DNA of 64,000 nucleotides, taken from contig JAAOMT010000760.1 in assembly GCA_016748015.1 (NCBI GenBank), forward strand, positions 758,216 to 822,215, given 5' to 3'. Below the pieces are notes generated by a model. That model was not told where the DNA came from. It was given only the letters and a program-made list of their open reading frames with translations, and did not search any database. Position 1 is the first letter of the stretch. Each line of letters opens with the position of its first letter. Of this stretch, positions 28,375 to 39,773 are shown one piece after another. This DNA is from Geosiphon pyriformis uo1 (Eukaryota > Fungi > Glomeromycota). Both the position numbers and the translations under genes were made by a program.

Positions 28375-29982
28375 ATAACACAACTTTAAAAAAGACATAA
28401 ACTAGAACATATATTCTAGAACCAGAACTAAAAGTACCTTTCTTTAATGATTTGAATAAGAATGAATCTGTATTGATGCTTCCAGCACCCAAATTTATTG
28501 GTTTTAAGAAGTTGCTATTGAATAAGTTATGGAGCAAGGAAACAAAGAATTTTGGCTTGAAAAAGTCTTACACATTAAATATTGACTTGTTGGCCATGCT
28601 TGGCAAGTCTTTTGGTGATAAATTGTTAATTCTAAAAAAAAATTTTATTGTGTAGACAGTTTTAGAGGAGTGTTTATTTTTTCAAAATTTTTGGACTGAT
28701 TAGGTTCTCTTTTACTTCAAAGTTAAGTTTACAAAAAATTAGAGAGTTAGCTATTATTGCCAAAATTTTGGTTAATGATATTATTAGAAAACCTAACATC
28801 CAATTAGATCAGAAAGTGATTGTTAAGAAGATTTCAATAGATCCTCTCAAATTAGTATTAGAATTAATATTCTCAAAATTTGGTAAGATGATTTCAATCA
28901 AAATATAATTGATTGAGTTTTGGTAAAAAGCAATAATCGAGTTTAAATTAATAAATATAACTAGTTTAATTGCTTCCAAATAGTCTGTTTTTATGGAAAA
29001 AAATTTGATATGTGTGGCTTTGGTCATTAATGACAAAGAATTGTGAATAACAAGAGATTAGTATTGAGTTTTATTGTACATTTTGCCAATAGATACTACT
29101 GCATATAATTTATCAGATTTGCTAGAATTATATGGTAAGAAAACTTGTTTTATTGGCCATAATCTTAGTTTGTATGTTTGTGATAGATGTACGGTTATTT
29201 GTTTTAATAGTAAAACATTCAAATTGGCTGTTATTAATTCTATTCCAGTTTTTAAGAGTGTGAATTTGCACTGGACTGGTCTTTTTATGACTTGTTGCAC
29301 TGAATATAAACAATTTAATCATATATTTAATGAGTGTTTAACTGGTGAGAATTTGGGTGGCCACAGTAAGAATTCTATTAATTCTTAGAATTATGTTCAA
29401 TTGGCAAATATATATAAAAGAAAGAATGCCCTTATTGCTTATCTAGTTTTTTTTGGTAACAAGACATAGACTTAAGTAGTCTTGTTTGCTGTTTTCTCTG
29501 ATAATGCTGGTCTTAGTTTTAGTTCTTATTTTTCTGTTTTTGGTGTCTTGAATAGAAAAAAAAAAGTATTGGTTGCTGAAAACAATTTATTAATTAATGA
29601 TTGTTTGGCTTCTCTAGAATGTTTCTTGGAGCTTTTAGTCGATCAGATGTCAAATATTGTGCATAAATTGAATGATGTAAAGCTGGTATCTCTGGTGCCT
29701 GTTTTTTATGTTGTGTCTTTAGTTGTTTTTGTTCTGTTGCCATTACCATCAAGTTTAGATATAGTGTTAAATAATTCACAGTTGTCTCCTTTTTTTTTAA
29801 ATCTGACTGTAAAAAATGAGGTTGTGGATTTGGACTTAAGTAATTCAAAAGTTCTTACTGCTAAAATTAGTGGTTTAGAGTCAAAAATAGTTGTGCTTAA
29901 TGCTTTTGTGAGCTCAATTTTGGAAAAATTGGATTTGTTGTATGTGAACTTGGGTTTTTCAATATGTGCTTTTTCTCAATAA
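28375..29982 (+). pseudogene. LINE ORF1 (gag-like), degenerate
   Basis: Fragmented ORFs 28452-29982; decayed CCHC knuckle CTEYKQFNHIFNEC; coiled-coil-like C-terminus (LASLECFLELLVDQMSNIVHKL; ISGLESKIVVL). Confidence 0.7.
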
Positions 29983-30934
29983 CTGACTTGGTTTGGAAAT
30001 TTGTTACATATAATATTCAGAGTATTAGTGTCCCTGCAAAACAAAAAGACATTGTTTATTGGCATATAAATTCAAGTAATATGGTCTTTTTTATTACTGA
30101 AACAAAGTTGAGATCTCTCATTAAACTATGAATTAAGAATAAGTTTGATAAAGTTTAAATTTTTATCTCTGGTTTGGATGTTAGTTTTTTTGGTACTGGT
30201 ATTGCTGTTATTATGAACAGTTTTTTGGCTTGTTATGTTTTTAAAGTAGAAGAGATTTCTGGTCAGATTGTTTTAATGCATTTTTTGTTTAAGAGCAAGC
30301 TTTTGGTTACAATTCTTTGTTTATATGCTGGTGTTTCTTTTGATGCTTGGTTTGAGCAGGCTTTGGAAATCAATTTTTTTATTGCAAAAACTATTAACTC
30401 TAGCACTTTTGTGGTCTTAAGTGGAAAGTTCAATAAAAATAGATCTGGAAAGAGTACAAGTTTTAAGTTTGGTTAATTTATTCAAAAGTTATTCTTTAAG
30501 CAAAGTCCCAACTTGGTACAACTTAAGGAGTGCTAAAAAAGTTTTAGATTATATTTTTATAAGTAAAAGTTTGTTATTAGTAGTTGCTGGTTATTGGGTT
30601 GGTTTTGTGTTTGCTTTTTTTAATACCAATTACAAGGCTGTTATGATGTCTATTGGCTTAAATAAGCTCTTGAATATTTGTCTGAATAGCTTATATAAAC
30701 AAGCTAATAAAGATTATTGGAAGTTTAAAATCAAGGACACAAATGATGCCAAGTAAATGCACTTTAGGGATTGCTTTTTAGCCAAGCTTTTGGAAATAAA
30801 AAATAATTTTCTGAATGCTGAAATCTATTATAATTTGGATATTATGTGGTTATTGTTAGAAAAAATGATAGTAAACTTGGCTGATAAGATTTTTCTAAAT
30901 TTTGGTTTAGTAATTTTTAATGTTCAAGAAACGT
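29979..30934 (+). pseudogene. LINE ORF2 5' part: apurinic endonuclease (APE) domain, degenerate
   Basis: WKFVTYNIQSI (consensus-like TxNVRG), ITETKL, GTGIAVIM, VVLSGKFN (GDFN), KVLDYIFIS. Confidence 0.8.
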
Positions 30935-32098
30935 TGTTACGGTTTAAGAATTTAGCAAAAAGAATCATAAAAATAATACAAACTATTCAATCATAATATA
31001 GCACAGTAATAATCTTAAAAAGGTAATGATTAACATAGTAGCAAACACCATTTCGCAATAGTGGCAAGCACCAGTTCACAATAGCAGCCAACACCAACTG
31101 GTGATAGCAGCAAACACCAGGTTGAAATATCAAAAAGAAAGTATTTTCTTGTAGAACTACAAACATGTATATATACAGTAGTTTNNNNNNNNNNNNNNNN
31201 NNNNCAAGAAAACCATCCCGTAACATTTGGTGAACCCTACGAGGAAAGAAAATCAAAAAGGAAATAATAATTAGCAATAATTCATTGCTAAAAAGGAAAA
31301 GACAAAAGTGGCAACAAAAACCCCTAATCTTACTGTTCTTGAATTCTGCTGTGCTATTTACACACAAAATCAGAGTGATCTTGGATTACCAGAAGGGTGT
31401 TGTCCAGCAGAATCTGCCCTCACTTATTATATCAACACCAGAATAAATTATCATATAGGAAAGGAAGAAGAACCACACAACGCAAAACTTGGATTGTATA
31501 GAGAATTATCACAATACACTACAAAAGAAGTAGCAGTAATAGCTGCAACTATTGTCAAAATCTATCGAGAAATTGAGCAATATGCCAACGAAAATTTTCC
31601 AATATCCACAGGAAACACTAGGGAACGCGCCAACAAAACCAAAGAAAATTTAGAAACTANNNNNNNNNNNNNNNNNNNNNNNNNNNNNNNNNNNNNNNNN
31701 NNNNNNNNNACTGAATCCCTTGGAAGAATAATCCTTGATCAAGATTATTCACGTTGTTACTAATTGATAAAAGCTTTATTGTGAGAATTAGAAAAGTGCT
31801 AAAGACCATTAACATTCTGTGTTTCTAGATTAAAGAAACACATCAGGCAATTGCAAGAATAGCCTCAGAGAAGACCCCAGACAGTAGGTAGATTTCAGTT
31901 CAGCCTTTGAGAAGGAGTACATAAATACACACAACAATCAAGAATTAAAGAATAACTTAAATCGCAACAGTAAAAAGAAAGCCTTCAGTGTAACAGTGAC
32001 ATTATCACACAAATAGAATTGAGGAACTCACGAAAGACTGATTGCAATTAAAGTGGGATATCAGCAATTAAATATAACAAGAAAACCATCCCGTAACA
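30935..32098 (+). repeat. 5' LTR region (broken by N gaps; LTR end + PBS assembled twice, ending at 31225 and 32098)
   Basis: Starts TGTTACGG and ends CCGTAACA; 31767-32098 aligns without gaps to 39438-39769. Confidence 0.85.
31308..31659 (+). pseudogene. Probable N-terminal part of Gypsy Gag ORF (ends in N gap)
   Basis: Open frame starting ~60 nt after the PBS copy at 31228 (VATKTPNLTVLEFC...AESALTYYINTRINYHIG...EIEQYANENFPIST). Confidence 0.55.
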
Positions 32099-32100
32099 TT

Positions 32101-32117
32101 TGGTGAACCCTACGAGG
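32101..32117 (+). promoter_or_regulatory. Primer-binding site, probably for tRNA-Trp (second copy at 31228-31244)
   Basis: TGGTGAACCCTACGAGG lies 2 nt after the LTR end and resembles the tRNA-Trp PBS TGGTGACCCCGACGTGA. Confidence 0.7.
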
Positions 32118-32316
32118 AAAGAAAATCAAAAAGGAAATAATAATTAGCAANNNNNNNNNNNNNNNNNNNNNNNNNNNNNNNNNNNNNNNNNNNNNNNNNN
32201 AATCAATAAAGAAACAACATATTTATTCACCAGAAGATAAATCATACCATTTTTCACCAGAAAATAAGATACAAATTCCATTAGGAGCTGCATCATCATC
32301 AACATCAACTCCACAA

Positions 32317-33795
32317 ATGCCAAAAACTCCTAGTTATATTGATAAAATTAAACAACGTAACTGGGGAGACATACCAATTACAGGAGGATATTCATCACTA
32401 TTCCAAAACCCTCTTTTTCAGCCAAAATTTATAACGGGGTTTGAAAACCGTGAAGAGGAGTCTGAATCGGAATCCGAAAAAGAGACCAGCAAAAAAACAA
32501 TCACAAGACCAGTCACTGGAACAAGCAGCCAGTCCAAAAACCAAGAAACTCGTGATCAAAAGGAAGAACCAGATATAAGGGAAGCCACCTTTAGGAACGC
32601 TCAAGGAAATATCATCCCATCTCCTCTTAGACCAATAAACCCACCAGCAAAAAACGGCAACGAAATGACCACACCATACATTGCAAGACTAACAGATTTC
32701 TCAGGAGAGGAAGAAGAAACGGACATGTACACATGGCTCAGAGAAGCACAAAAAGCCATCCAGGCAAATAACTGGAACGACCAAAGAGCAATTCAAACAT
32801 TACCTTTCTTCCTAAAAGGCACAGCCGACTCGTGGTATTAAAGCCTGGAAACAAAACCCACGAGCTTCGCCGAATTTAAAAATGCACTCCTGGAGTATTT
32901 TAGCGACCCAAACACCGTAATCCAACTACAGAACGAATTCAATACTATCAAGCAAAATACTGGTGAAACTGTCACCCAATACCTTGCTCGATTCAATCGA
33001 ATTCGCCGTCAGATTGAAGCGATTGAACAAGGATACTACACTGATCCTCAGGTTTTAAATCAGTTTATTAGAGGATTAAAAAGCAGCATTTTAGGAAGAG
33101 TATGCCCTGCCCACCCTAATTCCTTACCAGAAGCCGTTACGCTTGCCAGAGCCTTTGAATCGGCTGAGAAAGAAGCTAACCATAGTCAAATGGTTAACAT
33201 GGTAATGGAGGAAAATAAGACAGAAACATTAGAGAAAAGAATAATGCGATTAGGGGAGGAACTCTCTAAGAAAATAGAAAGTTACCTCATCCCGGATCCA
33301 AGAAAAAATACATACCAACCACCCCAAAGACGCAGCCAAGAAGTCAGCGACAGTCGAAATAATTGCTTGTCGCGCCAGGAATTCAGAACAGAAACACGCG
33401 CCTGCCATTTTTGCAAATGCGTAGAACATTTGATTAGTCAATGTCGAACGCGAATGATGCAGGAAGCACACAAAAATAATTACTACGCACCACCCCAAAT
33501 GCCCAGAAACCAGTACACGCCAATACCACGCCAATATCCCACCACGTATCAAAATCAAGGAGCTTACCAGCAACAGCCCATGATAGCCAACCTGAATTGG
33601 CGTCCCGAGGCCCGAAATCAGCCCATGTGAAACCAGAACGCGTTGGTCTAGAGGAATCCAAACCGCGCCGGAACCAATCAGCAAACCAATCCAAATTACC
33701 AAAATTATCAACAAACTTACCTTAATATACTGGAAAACCTAATCATCGGAAACAATGACGGTAGAAACATAAACAGAACCAAGAATTCCTCCAAA
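32317..33795 (+). pseudogene. Gypsy Gag (capsid-like + CCHC nucleocapsid) with premature stops
   Basis: FSGEEEETD..TWL...LPFFLKGTADSWY*SL, IKQNTGETVTQYLARF, QFIRGL; knuckle CHFCKCVEHLISQC (33403-33444); same frame as the downstream pol. Confidence 0.85.
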
Positions 33796-33909
33796 TTGAG
33801 CCAGACAATACCACCAGCAGTTGCCACCGAAGATAGCAGCCTCGCAGCTATTTTTCCTTTTGAATTAGAAGAAAACGAGGCTATGTTCAGTGGAGCAGCA
33901 TTGGATGAA

Positions 33910-34300
33910 AAATGCCCAATTACTGCTATGTATACGGAAGCCACTGTAAACAATACTCCAATCAAACTTATCTTAGACAGCGGATCCGCTGGAAGCATCG
34001 TAACGCTTCAACTAGTAAACCAACTGGGTTTCAAAGTTGATCATGCCGCAACATCCCAAATCATAACAGCTGATGGAAGTACAAAGCTGCCTCATGGCGA
34101 AATCGACTCATTCCCTTTCGAAATTAACGGCATAGTAATACCTACAAAAGTATTAGTAATGAATGCTACACAATATCAAGCGTTAGTAGGGAATGACTGG
34201 CTAACAAAAGCCAATGCCACTCTAGATTGGACCACCCAAGAGCTTCTGATCAATTATAATGGCCACCAGGCCAAAATTCCAGCCACCTGTGGCCACTTCC
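33910..34300 (+). other. Retroviral-type aspartic protease domain of the Gypsy polyprotein
   Basis: ILDSGSAG catalytic motif (D at 33976-33978), ITADG flap, LVGNDWL. Confidence 0.9.
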
Positions 34301-34503
34301 AAAAACCCAGCACCAACCAAAGACCTACCTTCGAATTTGAGGAAAATCCAGCACTACCAGCCATCGAAACCTATCAGCTCTCTTGGGCTGATGACCAAAG
34401 AACAGGACTACCAGCCGTACCAACGTGGACCAGCGAAGAAAGATCCAAATGGAACCAGGTAAGTTCACAAAGAAACCACCAGCAACGCAGACCAAAGCTA
34501 GAA

Positions 34504-35094
34504 TGCTCGGTTTGCAAGAAGAAACTCTCGTCTATGACTGCATGCAGCGCACCAGACGAAGACCCAAGAAACCCCACTTACTACTATTGTAACCATTGTA
34601 ACAAAGAAAAATACGGTTACCCAGAAAGACACGGAAAATGGGACGAGAAACCGTGCCTCGCTTGTGAAGAACCGTTACCAAGAGGGTGCGACTGGAACGA
34701 CTTACTAGGCAGAGGAGAAACGTGTGACGCAACTTGCCAATACACGATCCTCATCTGTGACTGGGTAAGAGGAGGAACGCCATTCGAAGCAGCATTCAAC
34801 AGAGCGTTAAAAAGACTACAGCACTACCCACACGACGAGGACGAGTTGTACAACACCGCACAAGCCAAAGTAAGAGGAAGAACCGCCGAAGAAATACGAT
34901 GTTGGAAAGAGTCAGCCAAAGTAGCCGACGAAGTCGCCAGCTACAACATGTTCGACCCAGTGGACGAATTCCAGGACTACTACCAACAACTATGCCCCAC
35001 TCGACAAAAGCAAGAACAATACCTCGCCCAAATCAACACTTACTTCTGCGAAAACTGTCTCATCCTGTGCCAAAATCAGTGCTGTGAAGAGTGT
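34504..35094 (+). other. Cys-rich domain of unknown function between protease and dUTPase
   Basis: 197 codons in frame with PR and dUTPase; CSVC, CNHC, CLAC, CDATC, CENC, CQNQCCEEC. Confidence 0.7.
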
Positions 35095-35259
35095 CAAGAC
35101 GAAAGGGACTTAGAAAGAAAAATGGAAATTGAGAATCAGCAGTCTCAAAATCAATCAATAAATCAACAAGACTTACCTGATGGTCCTGAGTCAGAAAAAT
35201 TTGTAGCCTATACCGACATAAAACAGATGACCAACATCCGATATTTCGACAACGGACAC

Positions 35260-35661
35260 TTAAGAATAATACCTGAAAGAGTCCATCCAACCGATGCTGG
35301 ATTCGATCTACGTTATCCGGAAGACCAATCCACAACGTTACCACCCAGGAGCATCACCAAAATTGACCTAAAAATAGTGGTTGAAATTTCACCAGGAATA
35401 ATGGTTCAAATGGCGTCGCGATCAAGCCTTGCGAAAAAAGGAATAAGCGTTCAAGGAGGAGTAATTGACTCCGGATACACTGGAAATTTGATGGTTTTGC
35501 TACAGAACAATTCAAAAAAGCCTTATACCATTGAATCTAAGGAAAAGATTGCATAAGCAATTTTCTTACTATTGGTAAAAATTGGGAAATTCGTGCCAGT
35601 GAAAAATTGTGAGGAATTGTCACAAACAACGAGAGGAACTTTTGGTTTCGGATCGACAGGA
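35260..35661 (+). pseudogene. dut: Trimeric-type dUTPase domain within Gypsy pol (nonsense codon at 35554-35556)
   Basis: All five motifs: DAGFDL, ASRSSLA, GVIDSGYTG, KIA*AI (IAQ), RGTFGFGSTG. Confidence 0.92.
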
Positions 35662-36099
35662 AAAGGAATTGAAGCAAATTTCGCTGAAACAATAGAGGAA
35701 AAAGGTGAAGTAATTAAAAATGAGCAGTCCATCACACTCCTACCATATGGAAAATCAGAAATAAGAATAAAAAGGACAATTAAAGAAAAAGACCTAATAT
35801 TTGAGCCCTACTCAGAAACTTGCCAACAGTTTCTCATAGGACTTACTAACCTTTTTGTTCCAGCTGATAAAGCTCAATGGATAAAAATTCCTATCGCAAA
35901 CACCACAGAAGAACCTGTCTACATTCCGGAAGATACCATCATTGGATACCTCGGAACGGAGCTAGAAAATGCGTCAACACCACAAGAAATTCTAAATTTC
36001 CCAGAAATCGCTCTTTACTGTGAACTCACTTCAATAAATTGGCAACAACCAGTAGAATGCTATCAATTTATGCCAGAAGAATTGGCCAAATTAAACATT

Positions 36100-37060
36100 G
36101 GAACAATGGATCCTGACCAACAGCGACAATTAAAAGCATTAATTTTAAAATACTCTGATATATTTTCAAGAAATGACGAATTTGGAAGAACCAACTTGGT
36201 TCAACACCAAATCCCCACTGGAGACGCNNNNNNNNNNNNNNNNNNNNNNNNNNNNNNNNNNNNNNNNNNNNNNNNNNNNNNNNNNNNNNNNNNNNNNNNN
36301 NNNNNNNNNNNNNNNNNNNNNNNNNNNNNNNNNNNNNNNNNNNNNNNNNNNNNNNNNNNNNNNNNNNNNNNNNNNNNNNNNNNNNNNNNNNNNNNNNNNN
36401 NNNNNNNNNNNNNNNNNNNNNNNNNNNNCAGATCCATCAAAAATAGACAAAGTGAAAAATTTTCCAGTACCTCGAAACGTTTCAGAAGTTAGAAGCTTTT
36501 TAGAACTCGCATCTTACTACCGCCGCTTTGTAGAAAACTTTTCAAACATCGCCAAACCCCTTAATTACCTACTATCTAAAAATGTGAAGTTTGAATGGAC
36601 TGAAGCACAACAAAAAGCTTTTGAATACCTTAAACAAAAGCTCATTGAATCACCAATAATGATCTATCTGAATTTCAACAAGAAATTCATTTTGGCCACA
36701 GATGCCTCTGGAACTGAACTTGGAGCCATTCTGTCACAAAAAGATGATAATAGAAGAGAACATGTAATCGCTTATGCCAGTAGAAGTCTCAGTACGGCAG
36801 AACAAAACTACGCAGCACATGAACTTGAATGCTTAGCAGTAGTCTGGAGTTGTGTTCACTTTGACACATATTTACGGTACCAACCCTTTGAGATTACGAC
36901 AGATCATAGAGGTCTGGTCTGGTTAAATAACAAGAAAGCGCTAAAAGGAAAATATGCCAGATGGTTACAAATGTTAGCACCATATGATTATATTATCAAA
37001 TACAAAGAAGGTACCAAAAATGCTAATGCCGACTGTTTGTCAAGAATGAGACACACATAA
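36100..37060 (+). pseudogene. Gypsy RT (core hidden in N gap 36228-36428), connection and RNase H
   Basis: FGRTNLVQHQIPTGD before the gap; DPSKIDKVKNFPVPRNVSEVRSFLELASYYRRFV, LATDASG, ELECLAVVW, TTDH and NANADCLSR after it. Confidence 0.9.
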
Positions 37061-37111
37061 AANNNNNNNNNNNNNNNNNNNNNNNNNNNNNNNNNNNNNN
37101 NNNNNNNNNNN

Positions 37112-39085
37112 NTGCTATCAGATCAAGGCACACACTTCGTAAACAGCACCTTAAAAGAACTTAGCCAAAAATTTGGAATCAAGCGACCACTGTTATCACC
37201 ATACCACCTTCAAACAAATGGATTAGTTGAAAGATTTAATCGCACATTATGCAAATCACTGGCGAAAATTAGTAACGAACATGAAAAAGAATGGGATTTG
37301 TTCATACCAGCAGTACTACTAGCATATAGAACAGTAAAACAAGATACTACACAATTCACACCGTTTGAACTAGTTTATAGAAGAAAAGCCACATTACCTG
37401 TTGAACTTACTATCCCAACTTATCCAAGTGACACTATCATGGAAGCAACATTCCAGGAAACACTACTTAGAAGAACATACGAATTAATGGGAACTTTAGA
37501 AAACAAAAGAANNNNNNNNNNNNNNNNNNNNNNNNNNNNNNNNNNNNNNNNNNNNNNNNNNGAAATGCCAGTAAAAGAGCTAATTAAGCTCCAAAAATTA
37601 GCAAAACACTATTTCATCTAAAATCACATACTTTATTACCGGAATCGACAAAATCCAAATAATCCATTAAGAGTTATAACCACAGATGAAAAAGAAACTA
37701 TCTTATTTAACATGCACTCAGATATTTATTCAGGCCACTTTGGAAAAACAGCAACCATCCAATGTGCAACTAGCCGTTACTATTGGCCAAAAATGAGTTC
37801 AGACATAATCCAATACATAAGAAATTGTGACCCATGCCAACGAAAAGGAGGAGCAAAAACAACGGAATTATTAAGACCAATAAAAGTTGGACAGCCATTT
37901 GACAAAATTGGAATTGATTTAGTTGGACCCTTACCAATAACAACAAGAAACAACCATTANNNNNNNNNNNNNNNNNNNNNNNNNNNNNNNNNNNNNNNNN
38001 NNNNNNNNNNNNNNNNNNNNNNNNNNNNNNNNNNNNNNNNNNNNNNNNNNNNNNNNNNNNNNNNNNNNNNNNNNNNNNNNNNNNNNNNNNNNNNNNNNNN
38101 NNNNNNNNNNNNNNNNNNNNNNNNNNNNNNNNNNNNNNNNNNNNNNNNNNNNNNNNNNNNNNNNNNNNNNNNNNNNNNNNNNNNNNNNNNNNNNNNNNNN
38201 NNNNNNNNNNNNNNNNNNNNNNNNNNNNNNNNNNNNNNNNNNNNNNNNNNNNNNNNNNNNNNNNNNNNNNNNNNNNNNNNNNNNNNNNNNNNNNNNNNNN
38301 NNNNNNNNNNNNNNNNNNNNNNNNNNNNNNNNNNNNNNNNNNNNNNNNNNNNNNNNNNNNNNNNNNNNNNNNNNNNNNNNNNNNNNNNNNNNNNNNNNNN
38401 NNNNNNNNNNNNNNNNNNNNNNNNNNNNNNNNNNNNNNTTAAGAGTTATAACCACAGATGAAAAAGAAACTATCTTATTTAACATGCACTCAGATATTTA
38501 TTCAGGCCACTTTGGAAAAACAGCAACCATCCAATGTGCAACTAGCCGTTACTATTGGCCAAAAATGAGTTCAGACATAATCCAATACATAAGAAATTGT
38601 GACCCATGCCAACGAAAAGGAGGAGCAAAAACAACGGAATTATTAAGACCAATAAAAGTTGGACAGCCATTTGACAAAATTGGAATTGATTTAGTTGGAC
38701 CCTTACCAATAACAACAAGAAACAACCATTATATTGCAGTAGCCATGGACTATCTCACCAAATGACCAGAAGCTAGAGCTATTAAAACAGTTGATGTTAT
38801 TTCCATAGCTCAATTCATACATGAAGACTTAATTTGCCGACATGGATGTCCACAAGAATTGCTATCAGATCAAGGCACACACTTCGTAAACAGCACCTTA
38901 AAAGAACTTAGCCAAAAATTTGGAATCAAGCGACCACTGTTATCACCATACCACCTTCAAACAAATGGATTAGTTGAAAGATTTAATCGCACATTATGCA
39001 AATCACTGGCGAAAATTAGTAACGAACATGAAAAAGAATGGGATTTGTTCATACCAGCAGTACTACTAGCATATAGAACAGTAAA
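37112..39085 (+). pseudogene. Gypsy integrase (HHCC + DDE), present as duplicated, out-of-order contig fragments
   Basis: HSDIYSGHFG...CDPCQ; IGIDLVGPLP; DYLTK*PEA; LSDQGTHF; QTNGLVERFNRTL; TPFELVYRR. Confidence 0.9.
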
Positions 39086-39437
39086 NNNNNNNNNNNNNNN
39101 NNNNNNNNNNNNNNNNNNNNNNNNNNNNNNNNNNNNNNNNNNNNNNNNNNNNNNNNNNNNNNNNNNNNNNNNNNNNNNNNNNNNNNNNNNNNNNNNNNNN
39201 NNNNNNNNNNNNNNNNNNNNNNNNNNNNNNNNNNNNNNNNNNNNNNNNNNNNNNNNNNNNNNNNNNNNNNNNNNNNNNNNNNNNNNNNNNNNNNNNNNNN
39301 NNNNNNNNNNNNNNNNNNNNNNNNNNNNNNNNNNNNNNNNNNNNNNNNNNNNNNNNNNNNNNNNNNNNNNNNNNNNNNNNNNNNNNNNNNNNNNNNNNNN
39401 NNNNNNNNNNNNNNNNNNNNNNNNNNNNNNNNNNNNN

Positions 39438-39769
39438 ATAAAAGCTTTATTGTGAGAATTAGAAAAGCACTAAAGACCATTAACATTCTGTGTTTCTAGA
39501 TTAGAGAAACACATCAGGCAATTGCAAAGATAGCCTCAGAGAAGACCCCAGACAGTGGGTAGATTTCAGTTCAGCCTCTGAGAAGGAGTACATAAATACA
39601 CACAACAATCAAGAATTAAAGAATAACTTACATCACAACAGTAAAAAAAAAGCCTTCAGTATAACAGTGACATTATCACACAAATAGAATTGAGAAACTC
39701 ACGAAAGATTGATTGCAATTAAAGTGGGATATCAGCAATTAAATATAACAAGAAAACCATCCCATAACA
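39438..39769 (+). repeat. 3' LTR (visible 332-bp part after N gap)
   Basis: 14 substitutions versus 31767-32098 by manual alignment; ends cccataaca followed by the TSD. Confidence 0.92.
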
Positions 39770-39773
39770 ACGT

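Larger units (their letters stand above)
30935..39769 (+). mobile_element. Ty3/Gypsy LTR retrotransposon carrying a dUTPase; 4-bp TSD ACGT (30931-30934 and 39770-39773)
   Basis: Termini TGTTACGG...CC(G/A)TAACA; two LTR copies; PBS; domain order gag-PR-dUTPase-RT-RH-IN; flanking ACGT duplication. Confidence 0.93.

Noticed and set aside
31205-32150. Two LTR-end + PBS junctions suggesting a tandem or three-LTR element
   Set aside because: Identical sequence next to N gaps; most likely overlapping contigs placed twice.
36228-36428. Apparent absence of the RT catalytic core (YxDD)
   Set aside because: It falls in an N gap whose size is probably underestimated; it cannot be called a deletion.
37112-39085. 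Apparent duplicated or rearranged integrase (two HHCC and two core copies)
   Set aside because: The copies appear identical, are bounded by N gaps and are out of order; this is a scaffolding artefact rather than biology.
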